Shown here one piece after another: positions 26,078 through 39,346 of a stretch of 64,000 nucleotides of DNA (positions are counted from its first letter, which is position 1; the number at the start of each line of letters is the position of its first letter). The translations under genes and the position numbers were made by a program. The stretch covers positions 310,001 through 374,000 of the forward strand of contig NEEC01000014.1 in assembly GCA_002189035.1 (NCBI GenBank). The letters run 5' to 3'. The notes beneath the pieces are model-generated. The model had not been told where the DNA came from, ran no database searches, and worked only from the letters and a program-made list of their open reading frames with translations. This stretch comes from Utricularia gibba (lineage: Eukaryota; Plantae; Magnoliophyta).

Positions 26078-27861
26078 ATGGTGAGCCAACCCGAACTCTT
26101 TCAGGTACACACACAGACTTTGTTATCGGCTGTCAGTGTTTAGGTTCCACGATTTGGTGGGCTAATCTGTTAATGCGTTGCTTCGTTTTCATACATTGTA
26201 CAATGCAGGAGAAATTTGGGAAAAGTCGATGGGTTTCTATGGTGAATTCAAGCTTAAAGTATATGATTCTTGGATCATGTGCTGCGCTGCTCATTGGCTG
26301 CATCATCAGTATCATTTTTTCAAAAGATTTTGCTACCAGTAAATTGATCGATTCCGAGTTTTCGTCAAGAGTTATCCCTCTGGGTCCTACCCAATTTCGG
26401 TCAGGTACGACAAATGATAGCAATCTGGTGTCTTGGATCTCTGTCGACTACGGAGCCAACTACTCCTCATGGGTTGTTGATAGATGGCTTACTCAAGTGG
26501 ATGAACCTTGTAAGAATTCAACTACTGTGGGGGTTCAATTTCCTTATTTAGAAAACAATGCCAGTAGTATATTGTTATCTACTGGTGATATTCACGAGTT
26601 TGTTTTCCAAGCAGTAGATGAGTCAGGGAAGCTTCATTGTTTAGGGGGAGATTACTTTGAGACCGATCTTTCAGGGGAAAGATGGAAATCCAGGCCTGCA
26701 ATACAGGATCTAGGAAATGGATCTTACACACTTTTTCTTCAAGTTCATTCTGATTTTGCTAGAGATTACAATCTGACCATTACTCTCTTGTTCAAACACT
26801 ATGAAGGCCTCGAGCATTCCACTGAAAGATTCTTTGTCGGCAAGGTCGTCAGTATGATTCCGATTAAATTCTACACATCTTTGTCCCAGTTGCCTGAAAT
26901 AACCCAATGCAGAAGTAGCGATTACTCGAGAGATGTTTGGTCTGGACGATGGACTCGTCATGCAAGAAATGATAGTTGCACAATTAGTGATGATGGGAGA
27001 TACAGATGTCAGGAGCGAGACTTCCCCTGTGAAAAGCCATGGTGTGAGGGTCCATTAGGATCTATAGAGAGCAACGGGTGGGTGTATTCAGCTCATTGTT
27101 CATTTAGAATTTTTACCAAGTCTGAAGCTTGGACTTGCTTAAAAAATCGATGGATTTTTTGGTGGGGCGACTCGAATCACTTGGATACAATACGCAACCT
27201 ACTTAACTTCGTCTTGGATTTTAACTATGGTGACATTGATAGAAGATTTGAGAGCAACATCACCAATCCTGAGGATCAGTCGCAAGTAGTGAGAATCACC
27301 AACATCTTCAACGGCCATGCGCACCCATACGAGAACAATGAGGGCTTGAACTCAATGAACGATCCAGAATATAGAGCACTTTTGAAAAGCTACTTTTCGG
27401 GTGAGGTTATTCCGGACACGATCTTCATGAACTCAGGTCTCCATGATGGAAGGTTTTGGCCTAACATTAGCAGTTTCATTGGCGGAGCGGAGTATGCAGC
27501 ATCTTTCTGGAGAGAGGTGATGGATGAGGTACGACACAGAGGAGTAAGATCACCGGAGATTGTGTACCGTACAACAGTGGCAGCTGGGGGATATGCTCGA
27601 AAACAAAATCTTAATCCTCAGAAGATGGAGGCATACAATGGAGTGATGTTAGAGAAATTTTGGAAACATGGAGTTGTGGAGAAGGTGGTTGATGACTTCG
27701 ACATGACTTTTGCTTGGCACTTTGACAACATCTGCAGCGATGGTTATCACTACGGGCGCTTGCCTTCAAAGTCGCAGTGGGTGGATGGCAATATCGGGCA
27801 CCAGTACTTCCTTGATGTCATGCTGGTTCATGTCCTCTTGAATTCCATTTGCGTAAATTAA
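26078..27861 (+). CDS. NXPE/PC-esterase-like SGNH-fold type II membrane protein, copy A (putative glycan O-acyltransferase; similar to At3g06150-type proteins)
   Basis: Probable exon 1 26078-26104 (MVSQPELFQ|gtac), exon 2 26209-27861. TM anchor, Ig/filamin-like segment (GGDYFETDLSG...DLGNGSYTLFLQVH), catalytic-type WGDSNH and DGYH motifs. Intact ORF. Confidence 0.85.
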
Positions 27862-28548
27862 TTCTACCTGTCGAAAGGGCTTCTTTTATTAAATAAAAAA
27901 AAAAGGTTCCACGAATATTTTGGTTATAAACACAATCGATTTCCATTCTTAAAAGCATCTAAATATAGAAACATTTCTTATTTTAATTAAAATACATATC
28001 CAATTATTTTTAATAAAAGTAATTTTTTACAACTACTATGTACGACTAGCGTTGACGTTTGGCAGGCTCATTAAATGAGCTTGGTCAAACAATTTCATAA
28101 ATTGCAAGAATTTCCGAAGCAAATTTAAAAACCTCTCATTTGCTAAATAATCCAACAAATTTATCTTTATAAAATGCAAGTACTGAAATATGATTAATCA
28201 TATTATGGATCATTTTTCGATTACTCAATTTTATGATAATAAAAATATTTTTATCATATAAAATGCTATAGAGTGATAGAATAATAGTTATTTAAAATTA
28301 TTTTACATACGATTAATGACTCTATTTATATGAGACTATTTTTTAAAGTATATTGCACAGGAAAACCTGTGGTAAGATATACCGCAAAACATGAAATTGG
28401 GTGCATTTCCATTATGGCTGTGATTTTCGTGGGTTGGGCCTCAATCCCCCACTGTATAGCCTGAGAGAATATATCACGATAACTTGCCTCTCATTTCAAA
28501 ACAGAATTTTTGGGTGTTGAATTTGAGTTTTATACTCTAGGAGAGTGG

Positions 28549-31500
28549 TGATGAACGTTAGAATGAAATGCTAAATGTTGTGGGTTTAGTATATTTAACA
28601 CATCAAAAGAACTTTATAAATCTAGTTTTTTACTATACAAATCACATGAATTAATGTAATGTAATAAGCAAAAGTTGAATCCATAGAAAATAATTGCAGT
28701 TTATTGAAGTCTTTTACATTTGCTGAAAACACGGGGTTTTATGGGGGTTTAACTCTCATGCACATAAAATACAAAATAATAGATATTAAAATAAACGAGT
28801 TGTAAGAGTAAAGAAGTATAGAAAATATAAATTGAAGTTGTTTTAGTTGTATTTTACATCAGGGTCTAATTCTTGTGTCACTCAAGAGAACTCATAGATT
28901 TAAACCCAATTTTAACATACTTAAAAACAAAGCAAAGAGTCGTGGAAACAGTAAATAACATGTTAAAGTTAAAAGCAAACATGAAGGGCTTAAATAAGTG
29001 ATGTGACCCTCTAATCTAAATAGAATTAACAATACACGAATAAGAGGTGATTTTGAAACTTAAAAAGGAACTCATTCTAAGTCTACTTTCTAGAGAATAA
29101 ATCTCTTGCAACTAGATTTTAGAAGAAAGAAAAATTAAGAACCACACTTTAAAAATAGAAGAAATTGGAAGTGATAATTTTAGTACACCACAAGCTCAAA
29201 GCTTGATAAGTTAAGAGTATTCAAATATTTAAAGAAGAGAAAAATCTTAATAAGATACATCAAATGAATTAAAGGATTTCAAATAGTACATCTCTAAAAT
29301 ATTTATATTCTTGAATTGAGTTCTAACATTACAAAACTCAAATTAAATAAAAAGAAAAGCTTAACAAGTCCAACAACACAAATGAAAGATAAAAAGATGT
29401 TTTGAATTCTAAGGTAGATTCAATCTCAATTAATTGAACTCCTTTGATGGTAACACTTCAATTCATAGTTGATACCAATAATGTTGAGTAAAGTTTTGAG
29501 TGTAGTTTTAACCATTTTGCTCTTACTCCTTGTCATTAGTCTTGATGAAGTGATCTTACTATCCGAAGTGTTTATTTATGCAACATCCTCTTCATTCTTT
29601 AAATACTCTCCTCTTCTTCCTAGGATTCATTAACAGGAACATGTTCATAAGTTGAAATAAGGTCTATAGGGGATTTCTCATTCACAACAAGGTAACAGAA
29701 TGTAACAGAAAGCACAAAAACGAAGGAAGTTGATAAACAAAAAATTTATACAACATCATTAAAATTGCAAATTTCTCCTATCAAATAAATTTATAATCTA
29801 ATACACATTCAATCATATGAAAAATATGAGCATAGTAGACTAAGGTCGAACACAAGGAGTTAAGTGCTTGCTATGTGAAAACCAATACATTCAGATTCTA
29901 TCATGTTTAAGAGATTTAGTCTAAACTAAGATTAAAGCAATGCGACAGTAATGTGCAAAAAGATAGTAATGGATAAAAGCAAATTTTATGAAAAATAAAA
30001 GAAGGTAATGCCTTGGGATACTCAGAGGTAACATGCTAATCACTACAATTATCTCACTCAAACCTAAAATCATTTATCTAATAAGCAAAGGCTCAAGTCT
30101 ACCCACATCTTTGTTTTTCCCTAATTTTTGGTCTACCTCTAATTAGGGTTGTTTATAATGAAAACCATTACCTCCCCCTCCTGAATCTAACCTAATTGTT
30201 AAGGAAGTAGAGTAATTAAGTGGTAGTGTGGTTTAGTGAACAATAATTAAGCTCATCCCCTTTTGTCCCAAGGTATCCCCAAGTGTCTAGCCACTCATAC
30301 TAAAAAAAAGGAAAACACTTTCATAACCTAAAAACCAGAACATGTTCATGTCGTTGTACAACAACAAGAAAGAAATATAAACAAAGATAAAAGATAATAA
30401 ACAGTTCACGCTAAAAGCTAAAGCTATTCCTAATTATGAATAGTATTCCTGATAAACAAAAAGTTCAAGTGTAGCTGAAATCCTCTTCTTCGTCTTCCAT
30501 GATTCTTCTGCAACTTCCCTTCCAGAAAAATTCCCCCAGAAAGCTATGTCGTGTGTCTTCAATGGGAGAGATCTTTTCTCTCTCCATCTTATCTCCATTT
30601 TTGTCCAAAATCCTCATTTTTCTCTTCTTTAGATTTTGTGTGTACTACATTTCATACTTTTGCCCCATCCTCTACCATTACACTATTCATATCCGGCTCC
30701 TAGAGATTTGTGTTGCCGATATGTGTTGCATTGCTTAAAAGAAACTATTAGAATTAAGATTGGGATTAAATCATCGATTTAGTCAATTTAGTGCCAACTA
30801 AGACTAAAATAACACAAATACGATACTATGCGCAAAAATATAGAACTAGACAGTAAAACTTAATTTTTATAACACAATATGAGTCATTTCTCTGTATTCT
30901 ATTACTCAAAAATATGTGTTATCAAAAGTAATACTAGTAAATTCAACAATAGTAAAAGTGCAAAAAAAAAAAACACAAATAAAAGTATCAGGCTACTTCT
31001 GTGAGCTATAGATTTGCTAAAAATCAAAGTTCTAGACATAAACATAGTCTGGAGACATAGATCTGAGGTTGGCCGAAGGTGTTCACTGGAGAACCAACAT
31101 TCTCCTCCGCTCTACTCCTTACTGTTTGACTTTTTTCTCTCTCTTCTTCTTCTTTCCTTTTCCTACTCAAAACAAAGTATCTTTGTCTTTTCCATGGTCT
31201 TCCAAAAGGAAGATCTCTACTCCAAATCTTATTTTTTCAAGATGGCGGCTGCTTTCGACAAAAATGACTTTTTTTTATGTCTCTTTTGACTTGTCAATGT
31301 AGAAAATACACTGCCACAGTATTAGCTCTTACCTTATTAAGACTTAAATACATACTAGAGGAAATATTAGAGTTTTCAACTTTAGAGGAAATATTAGAGT
31401 TTTCAATTCAATTATTACCAATTGAGCCTGTTTTCACAATAAACACATATCAACAAACTAAATACACAAAAGGAGACAATTTAACATATTAAACAACTTT

Positions 31501-31559
31501 TAACCTTACAAAATATACCTAAAAACACATATAAGAACACAATAAAAAAAGTATTATTA
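28549..31559. mobile_element. Large solo LTR-like insertion (~1.8 kb of its own sequence) carrying a nested solo LTR
   Basis: TGATG...TATTA termini with TSD AGTGG (28544-28548, 31560-31564). The paralogous block near 39130 lacks the insertion (empty site). Confidence 0.75.
29731..30924. mobile_element. Solo LTR, same family as 3158-3984 and 19271-20441
   Basis: TGATAAAC...GTGTTATCA termini, TSD GAAGT/AAAGT. Both ends are the reverse complement of the ends of 3158-3984. Confidence 0.85.
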
Positions 31560-32333
31560 AGTGGACAAACAAAATAGCAGACATGTATCATATTGTCATC
31601 TTTTGATTTTATGATCATATTATCCATGTATACTAGCATAAATTTTATAATGTAAGGCTGAAAGATCCTGTTTTACCATCCATTGATAGGTGATCTCAGC
31701 ATTTGTCTAAAGAGCATGATCAATAGCAATACACATGATAAACTATATAGAAATAATGCCATTATTATACTTATCTCCTCCAAAATAAATTTAACTCAAT
31801 TTGCAAACTTACTGCCTTCACCCTAATATCAAGCGTGTTTGTTATTAGATATAGAAAGTAACAATTTTCTCAAAATATTTCAAAAACCTTTAGACTATAT
31901 CTTTAATATTATTGACTAACTCCATATCAAAATATTTTTCAGATATTGAAATTATGAAAACAAAGCAAGTAACACAAAAACATAATAGGATAATAAATAT
32001 CACTAATAATTTCGTATATTAATAAAAACAAAAAATAAATCAATTAAAACATGAAAGTTAGCATACACATTATCATCTATTTGAAAATTTAATTCTAACT
32101 TCTTTACATGAAAGAAAAGATTGAAGAATAAAAAAAATGGAGTTCATCTAGTCCTTTGAATTCTCTTCAAAGTTTTAAATGGAAAATTCCTTAATGCACA
32201 CAAACATTCAAAAGAAACCTTTTTTAGACTTAAAGTTTTACACTATGCTATAAATAAAGGGTAAAGCAACGTCAATGTCACTATTGTTTAATGAATCTTG
32301 AACAGATACATTCAAAATATGACAAATATATTT

Positions 32334-32900
32334 TCATATTAAGAAACGAGTATCTAAAATCAGATTCATAGAAGAGCTTACCATTGAGGTTGTAGTGTTA
32401 TTATTATACATATTATCCATATTAATGTTAAGGGTACAATCAATAATTGAATACTCAATGCATATAGCATAAATAAGTTCAGCAATTTGTGCATCAATGT
32501 GTGAAAAATCCAAATGACTAAACTCAAGGAACCCATTTTGCATATTTCATTTACAATAAATCCAAAGAGTGTTGAAACTAGATGTGTATTCTCATTTATA
32601 CCATGTCAATTATCACACATTAATCTAAATTTGAATTTCATAAATTAAAAAATAGAGACTAAACATGCATTTTTTCTTCAAATTATTTTATTGCAATTCT
32701 AATCAACTTTCTTCTGAACATTGGAGAAAATCAACACTAAAATCTAGATTGATGAAAATGCCATATAAACCGATTTTCTACTTTTAGAAAAATTTCTCAC
32801 TGGCAATTAATGCAAATACATAATTAACTTGAGTACTTTTAACATCAAATGAAAAAGTAGAAATATCTTCATGCATGAAATTCAAAGTAGACAGTCTTAA
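32334..32900 (-). mobile_element. hAT transposase remnant
   Basis: IAELIYAICIEYSIIDCTLNINMDNMYNN resembles the hAT IAExI...GI...SITLDNASxN motif. No TIRs found. Confidence 0.45.
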
Positions 32901-33399
32901 TATACAATGTCTTATCTTTATTTTTTTTCTAATGTGGCATATAAAATTTGAAGTAGAACCACCTTTATATTATGGATGAAACATTTCATTTTTTTTTGAA
33001 GTGAAAGATATATCTTCACCATCATCAGAAATATTATTTCACAAAAAAAATTTGTAGGCATCATACTTTGATATAGTTCTGTCATCATGGAGCTTCAAGT
33101 TCAGTCCAACCACACACTAATTCAAGAATAGCATTTCACAAGATGCATATCGAAGAGGTTAACATTTTCTATCAGAACGAAGGGCATCCATAAAATTATG
33201 GGAATTATAAGATGCCACAAATGGATCATTCGGATCTCTACTGGATCATCTCGGAACCTACCAGTTATCCCTCCCTACAAAAGGTTGTCACCACACCACC
33301 ATATTCCTTATAGATCATTGGATGTCCAAAATAATTTATTATTCCTCATTTATCAATCCATAGTTTAGAGGAAATGGTGAAATAGATGCGTGCCGAACA

Positions 33400-33830
33400 A
33401 AAGTACATGTAAGGACAACTGATGAGACACAAAAAGGATTACTGTCACAACCAGGGTAAAATCAAACATATCAATCCTATTTCATTGAAAAGCGAGGAGG
33501 ATTTACCTTATCCTTATACAGGGCACATGACTAAGGTTAACAGATCATATGAAAAAGAGCTAGAGATTGTGGACGACAAAGACGATGTCAATCAGGAGAT
33601 TATTTGAAAAATCAAAATGATTCTGTAGTTCAGAACACTGTCATTTTAAGGCCACCAGAAAATATTAAGAAGGAACCACAAGAAGTCTCTCAAATCAAGC
33701 CGGCAGTTCCCATGCATACCAAAATGTTGAAGGACCTACAGAACCCAAAACATCTTAGACATTATTTAAAGGAGTATGCTACGCAAGTATAAGGATCCTG
33801 ATATGTTTTCACCTCCGAATGCCGAATCTC
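33400..33830 (+). mobile_element. Ty3/gypsy gag-protease junction remnant
   Basis: GLLSQP, HINPISLKSEEDL, VPMHTKMLKDL and KYKDPDMFS echo GKLPSQP...NAITLRSGKEL...VPxYAKFLKDL...KxKDPGxFT. Confidence 0.55.
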
Positions 33831-34203
33831 CACCTCTTGGGATATCGCCATCTTTGTGGTTATTGAAGCAAAAAAATGTCTTTTTCTTAAGTGAATTCGT
33901 GTTTTCCTCCAAAAGATAAATATGTAGATTTGTTGATTATAGAGTTTCTGAAGCCATACTGAGTCCCAGTTGCATGTATGTCACGGCACCTCTTATAGTA
34001 TAATTCTAGTGAGAGATGTCCCTTACTCTGTGTACTGCCGAGAAACCTAATTCTGTTATTTTGAAATAATGTATGTGAATAATACAACTGCCGAAGAGGG
34101 AGTCCATTAATTCCAAGTCAATTCCATGGGGGGTGATGCACATCCGTATTGTCATTACCATTGCCTTCGGGGCAAGTCGGTGTAAAGTTTACATTATATT
34201 ATC

Positions 34204-36291
34204 GGGCTTTTTACTTCAAATATATCTAAATTTTAGGTTAATTATATCAAATATAACTAAACTTTCATATTTACTTCAAATATATTTAAATATTCATTTT
34301 CCTAACATAAAATGTAATTTATCAGCGAGTGCATCTACTTCCCCTCAAACCATAAATTTTTACTTGGATTTTTACTATAAATATACCTAAACTTTAGATT
34401 ACTTATATCAAATATATTTGAATTTTTATATTTACACTAAATGTTTTTAAACAATTATTTTACTTATATAAAATGTGATTTATGGGCATGTGTACCTAAA
34501 TGCCCTCAAACTAGAAATTTTTGGTTGCTAAAATTTTCAGAACCCTAAATATATAACGATGATGATATTGTTGCATTCAACATCGACTTTGGACTTACAT
34601 TGAAGAAGAAAAAATAGAAATAAATTATATTGGTAACATTTTATAGACAATGATTAACTTGTTTTGCTTAATTATTGATATCTATATTTTGTTGATAATT
34701 TTTACAGCATTTGGTATTAATGGTAAAATATTTATATTTTTGGTTAATTTTTTTTAATGTATAAATAATATTGTTAAAGATATTCAATATTTTAAATTTA
34801 TTATTTTTATAATGAATTGATTTAATAAGAAATATATAAATGTATGCATAATTAGATCATATATCAAATTTAGAAATTATTACAATTTTATTTTCATTAC
34901 GAAATTTGAAATATATTTCAAATGTTTAGGTATATATGATTAAATATTAAAATTTATAATTATTCTATTTTTAATCATCTTTTCACGCACGCATAATAAG
35001 TGATTTTGTGTTGTTCCAAAACATATTCTTTCATTACTTTTGGATGTTGTTTTTACTTATCTTAGATTTCACTTTCTCATTATTGTCAATTGATTTTGCA
35101 TCTTTCACACTATTTTGATCTTTTTGGAGAGAAAGTATATTTTGTGAATTTTTAAGTCATTTTTGGATCAATTTGAGGAGAAATCAAGATCAATCAAATT
35201 ATGGACTTGATGGGCCATGAATCTCAGCCCAATACTCGGTCAAATGATGAAGATTTGGTTCAAGATTCATGGATAAGGTAAAGATATGAAGATGATCTTG
35301 GAAGATTAGGATATAAAATCTTATCCAAGCCCGTCAAACAAGACCAATATGACGACTTGGATCTGCTTTCCTATTAATACCCCACTCTCTCAATCATCAA
35401 AAACGTCCTTTGACCACTTTTCCTTTGTATCTTTCCTATTTTCGTGTCTATTTTCATGTTAGAGTCAATTCTGTGCATATAACCGCTTGCGGATGAGGAT
35501 CTGCGGTGAAACCTTACTTACACAAGTCCTACGCATGTGACTGTTTTACTATATTTTTCGACATTTAAATTGAGGTTTAATTCTGTTTTTTGCAACGTTT
35601 TTTTTACCAATGTGCTCTTTAGTATTACATAACCCGAAGGAAGTGTGAGAAAATCAAAAGTTGGCCTCAAGCATCTAAGGAGAAAGTCTCAATCAGACAT
35701 GTTGGTAAGACACATTCTATCTAATCTGTCTGCGAGGTGCGAGGTGTGAGGTGTAGGGGTTAGATTTGAGTGTGGGGAAAACATGGGTTATCACAAGAGG
35801 TGAAATGGTTCTGGTGGTGTGATTGATTCCATAATCTTACAAAATAAAGGATGGTGCTATAATGGTCAACGAGTAGCACTATTTTAAAATAACACCCCTA
35901 GAGCTTGCGCAAGTAGGTTAGTCTTCAAGGTTTGCACACACGCAAGGAACGAGTTTTGAGCAAGGTGGATTTTCGATCCAAGACCACTTTTCTTGTTATT
36001 TTTAAAACCAAATCTTTATTTTGTTTTCATTCTTTTTTTTAGTCTTTGTTTGAAAAGAAAATGCTAATAACAATTTTCTATGGATACAATCTTATTTTAT
36101 TACTTCGATGGTTTCTGTGCACTTGCAAAATTATCATCAACGCACATGTAATATACGTTCAAAAAAAATTTTAAAAATCACATTTTGTGTTAGTAAAATA
36201 AATGTTTAAATACATTTGTAGTAAATATGAAAGTTTGGATATATTTGATATAAATAAACTAAAATTTAGATATATTTGAAGTAAAAAGCCC
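34204..36291. mobile_element. Non-autonomous Mutator-like element (MULE), ~2.1 kb
   Basis: ~115-bp TIRs (GGGCTTTTTACTTCAAATATATCTAAATTTTAG...) at 34204 and, inverted, ending at 36291; 9-bp TSD TATATTATC/TATATTATT. Confidence 0.88.
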
Positions 36292-36790
36292 TATATTATT
36301 TTATTACAGAATGTCAAATATTTCATGATCCTCACAACTTCAACCCTTACATGATCCAAGTACAATAAGGTTACGTACACTTTAGTGAGCTGGTCCACCT
36401 AAGTACGATTGGCTTAGTTGTACATTTTTTGATTTTCTAAAGCATCATAAACCAATATTTGCTATTATTTTTTTATATTATCGTGATATTTTAGGTTTTA
36501 TTTCCCACGTGTGTGACGTAGTATCGTCATCAAAGTTTTAACAGTTTATCCCTTGTGCATGGAAATAGTATATTTTAAAACCCCTTAAAGAAACTACTTA
36601 CGGATCTTAACAAGCTCTATAAATAGCTCGTTTTCCTCACGACATTTGTATTTCCAAAAGCACAATGGGAATTGGGAATGCAAGATGATTTCGATAAATC
36701 ATCGATACAATCTGATACTTCGGAGTTATTGTATAGTTATGAGAGCAGTATCCCTGAAGGTAAGGCTGTGGCGAAGAGGATGGTAAGCGC
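36292..36790 (+). repeat. Paralog of 720-960 + 1445-1684 + 12563-12620 (FUT upstream region and unidentified gene start) without the Copia insertion
   Basis: Colinear similarity; carries a single ATGAG at ~36738, where the other copy has the LTR element. Confidence 0.85.
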
Positions 36791-37267
36791 TCCTACTGTA
36801 CCAAATTTCTTGCCCACGCCTGTTCCTGTTCGGATGCTGCTCTCATATCCAGATGATAACTCAGGTCGTGCAACCTAGCGGTAATTTACCGGGGTTTAGC
36901 CCGCTTAATCAGACCTGGACTCCATGTTCTTCAAGATTTCCCCTCCATCAGATCTGAATGTTTTCAGCCGTCCCAATTTGGCTTTTAGGTGTTTTCTTCT
37001 ACAGGCTTTTCAAATGAATTCATTTCTCAACGATGAATAATAATTCGACTGCCACTGCTAGAAACTCATCCCCAAGGCATAGGATAAAAACTCAACCAAC
37101 ATCCTGCCACTCAGACACCTTCGGTGCTTGTCAGAGAATCTCACCGGAATCTTTCATCATGCCGTGCTGGTTTTACAAACACCACCAGTAGTTAAGTTAT
37201 TTTAAATAAAAAACTCAGACTAATTCCTCCTATTTTTTCATTCTTTCTCATTTTTAACGGTTTATAA

Positions 37268-37470
37268 CTAAACAAGTTTCATCCAATTCCCGATAGATTG
37301 TGTCAGTAACCTCTTGAATGGTGTTTGGCGTTCCATGGCCTGAACTTCAAGTTACCTTCACTCGCACGTAGGATGATGTCAATGGAGATGGATAATTTAT
37401 AATGAAGACATCATTGTACGAGATGAAATCGAGAGTTGAGCATACGCTATAATCAAATATACAACATGAA
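37268..37470 (-). pseudogene. Truncated FUT paralog (5' UTR + first 22 codons)
   Basis: High similarity to 375-590; ATG at 37336 reads MERQTPFKRLLTQSIGNWMKLV*; homology stops at ~37268. Confidence 0.85.
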
Positions 37471-37569
37471 TTAGAGGAAATGAATAGTCATATTTCATTT
37501 GACTATAGAAATAAAAAATTGTCTACTTTTCCTTAGACTCTCTTGTAAATAGACACAAAAATGACCTTA

Positions 37570-38485
37570 TATTTCTTTCCTTTGGATGAACAGAAAGATA
37601 AGAGGTTCAACCTTCGTTATCCTCATTATCGAATTATGCATGTGTACCCATGTGTTGTCAATGACCCAATAAATCTATATATGATATCACTATTTATTCA
37701 CTGATCCTCAAGTACGACTATGGATAAAACATTGTCTTTCTTGAACAAAAAGGGTGTGAGTTGGTATTTTCTATCTTATTTCCTTTCAAAATTCATAGAT
37801 AATAATCAACTAACCATAAAGCTTGAATAAAGGATCTTTATAAAAAGATTGTAATATAATTGTGTGGAGACATACAAAACCCAATCAAATTCAAATAAAA
37901 AGTGGATATTAACTAATAAAACATAGAGGTAGCAGTCTCCCAACCTACAAATAAGAGTTTCTAACTGCAAATGTTCATCCAAAACAAATAAACAAAAACA
38001 AAGTTTTAGAGAGAAGATAAGGAAAATCTTCTAAAGAGATAAACAAAATCCAAAAACTGAAAACTTTCAATTAAAGTATGAATTGTCTGAATATTGTGTA
38101 CCTCTAACTATGTTGTGATCTTTAATTTGTAAGGGGCGTCCTGCTCTAACACTACCACATTAATGATTTCTTATGTCAGAAGTTTACGCATGTCAAAACT
38201 CATCATTAGACATCTGCATTAAGAAATTAAGGAAAATCCCGATTGAGAAGATCTGTTTTGTCACTCTATACTCCCTCTTTTCTTCTCTTTCTATCACATG
38301 TTTACCTCTAACAAGATTTAGATAAAAACTAAATTAAAACATTAGATAAAACACATTAATTAAGACAATTACTCTAATCTAAATAAAATCTAAAACTTAT
38401 ATTATAGACTCTTAACTAAACAATTTAATTACATTTAGATATATAAAATGACTGGAAAGATGGTACCAAAATGACACTTAGCACA
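37570..38485. repeat. Degraded LTR-like dispersed repeat
   Basis: Homologous to 17140-17930. Its terminal 180 bp are the reverse complement of 47398-47570 and it ends CACTTAGCACA. Confidence 0.65.
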
Positions 38486-38872
38486 TGATTTTGTATACAC
38501 ATTAGTAAAAGTAAATAACAGTAAAAAAAAATGAATTATGAAACTTGAGTAACTGTTGCACGAAATTCTTGTCTTACTTCTGATTTTAGGGCCTTGTCAC
38601 AAGACTCAAAATCGATAAGAACATAGAGTGGGATTTAGCCCACAAGTACACAATCATATATATCCTTATTTTGGTAAAACACTTAAAAGTATATGATAAA
38701 CACTCAGAACAATTAAAAGTTTGCAAGTAATTTTATTATTCTAAGAATAGAAAAATTTGTGTGCTGTCAGTTAATATCAAAATATGTCACATTTTCCTCA
38801 AAAAAAAAAAGGTACTAAAATATGCTTAATCATATTATTGATCATTTTTTTATAACTGAATATAATGCTAAT

Positions 38873-39346
38873 AAAAATATTTTTTATCATATTAAATGCT
38901 ATAGAGTGATAGAATAATAGTTATTGAAAATTATTTTACATATGACCAATGACTCTATTTATATGAAACTAGTTTTGGTAAACCATGCAACAAAACATGA
39001 ATTTAGGTGCATTTCCATTGTGGCTATGCTTTTTGGGGGATTGGCCTCAATCCCCCATTCTGATAATACATCACATGAAATTGCCGCTCATTATTCCAGA
39101 ACAGTATTTTTGGGGTTGAGTTTGAGTTTATACTATGAAAAAGTGGACAAACATTGAAAGAAACAGTAGACATGCATCATATCATTGTCAATTGTTTCAC
39201 GATCATATCGTCTACATATATCAGCATAAATTTTCTTATGTGAGGTTGAAAGATCTTTTCTTACCATCCGTTGATAGGTGGTCCCAGCATTTTTTTAATG
39301 AGAAGGGTATGATCACATAATAATACACATGATCAATGGTATAAAA
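38873..39346 (+). repeat. Orphan copy of the region downstream of NXPE-like copy A
   Basis: Matches 28238-28540 joined to 31560-31745. Confidence 0.85.

Noticed and set aside
26173-27861. Cytochrome P450 label that, as I recall, is attached to Arabidopsis homologs of the 562-aa proteins
   Set aside because: No FxxGxRxCxG heme motif or ExxR/PERF pattern; the motifs are SGNH-type (GDS, DxxH).
31357-31410. 27-bp tandem duplication as a functional array
   Set aside because: Two copies only, inside a solo-LTR-like element; ordinary slippage.
36737-36847. Conserved MIRNA precursor
   Set aside because: Neither arm matches a conserved plant miRNA I know and the stem is short; kept only as an inverted paralog junction.
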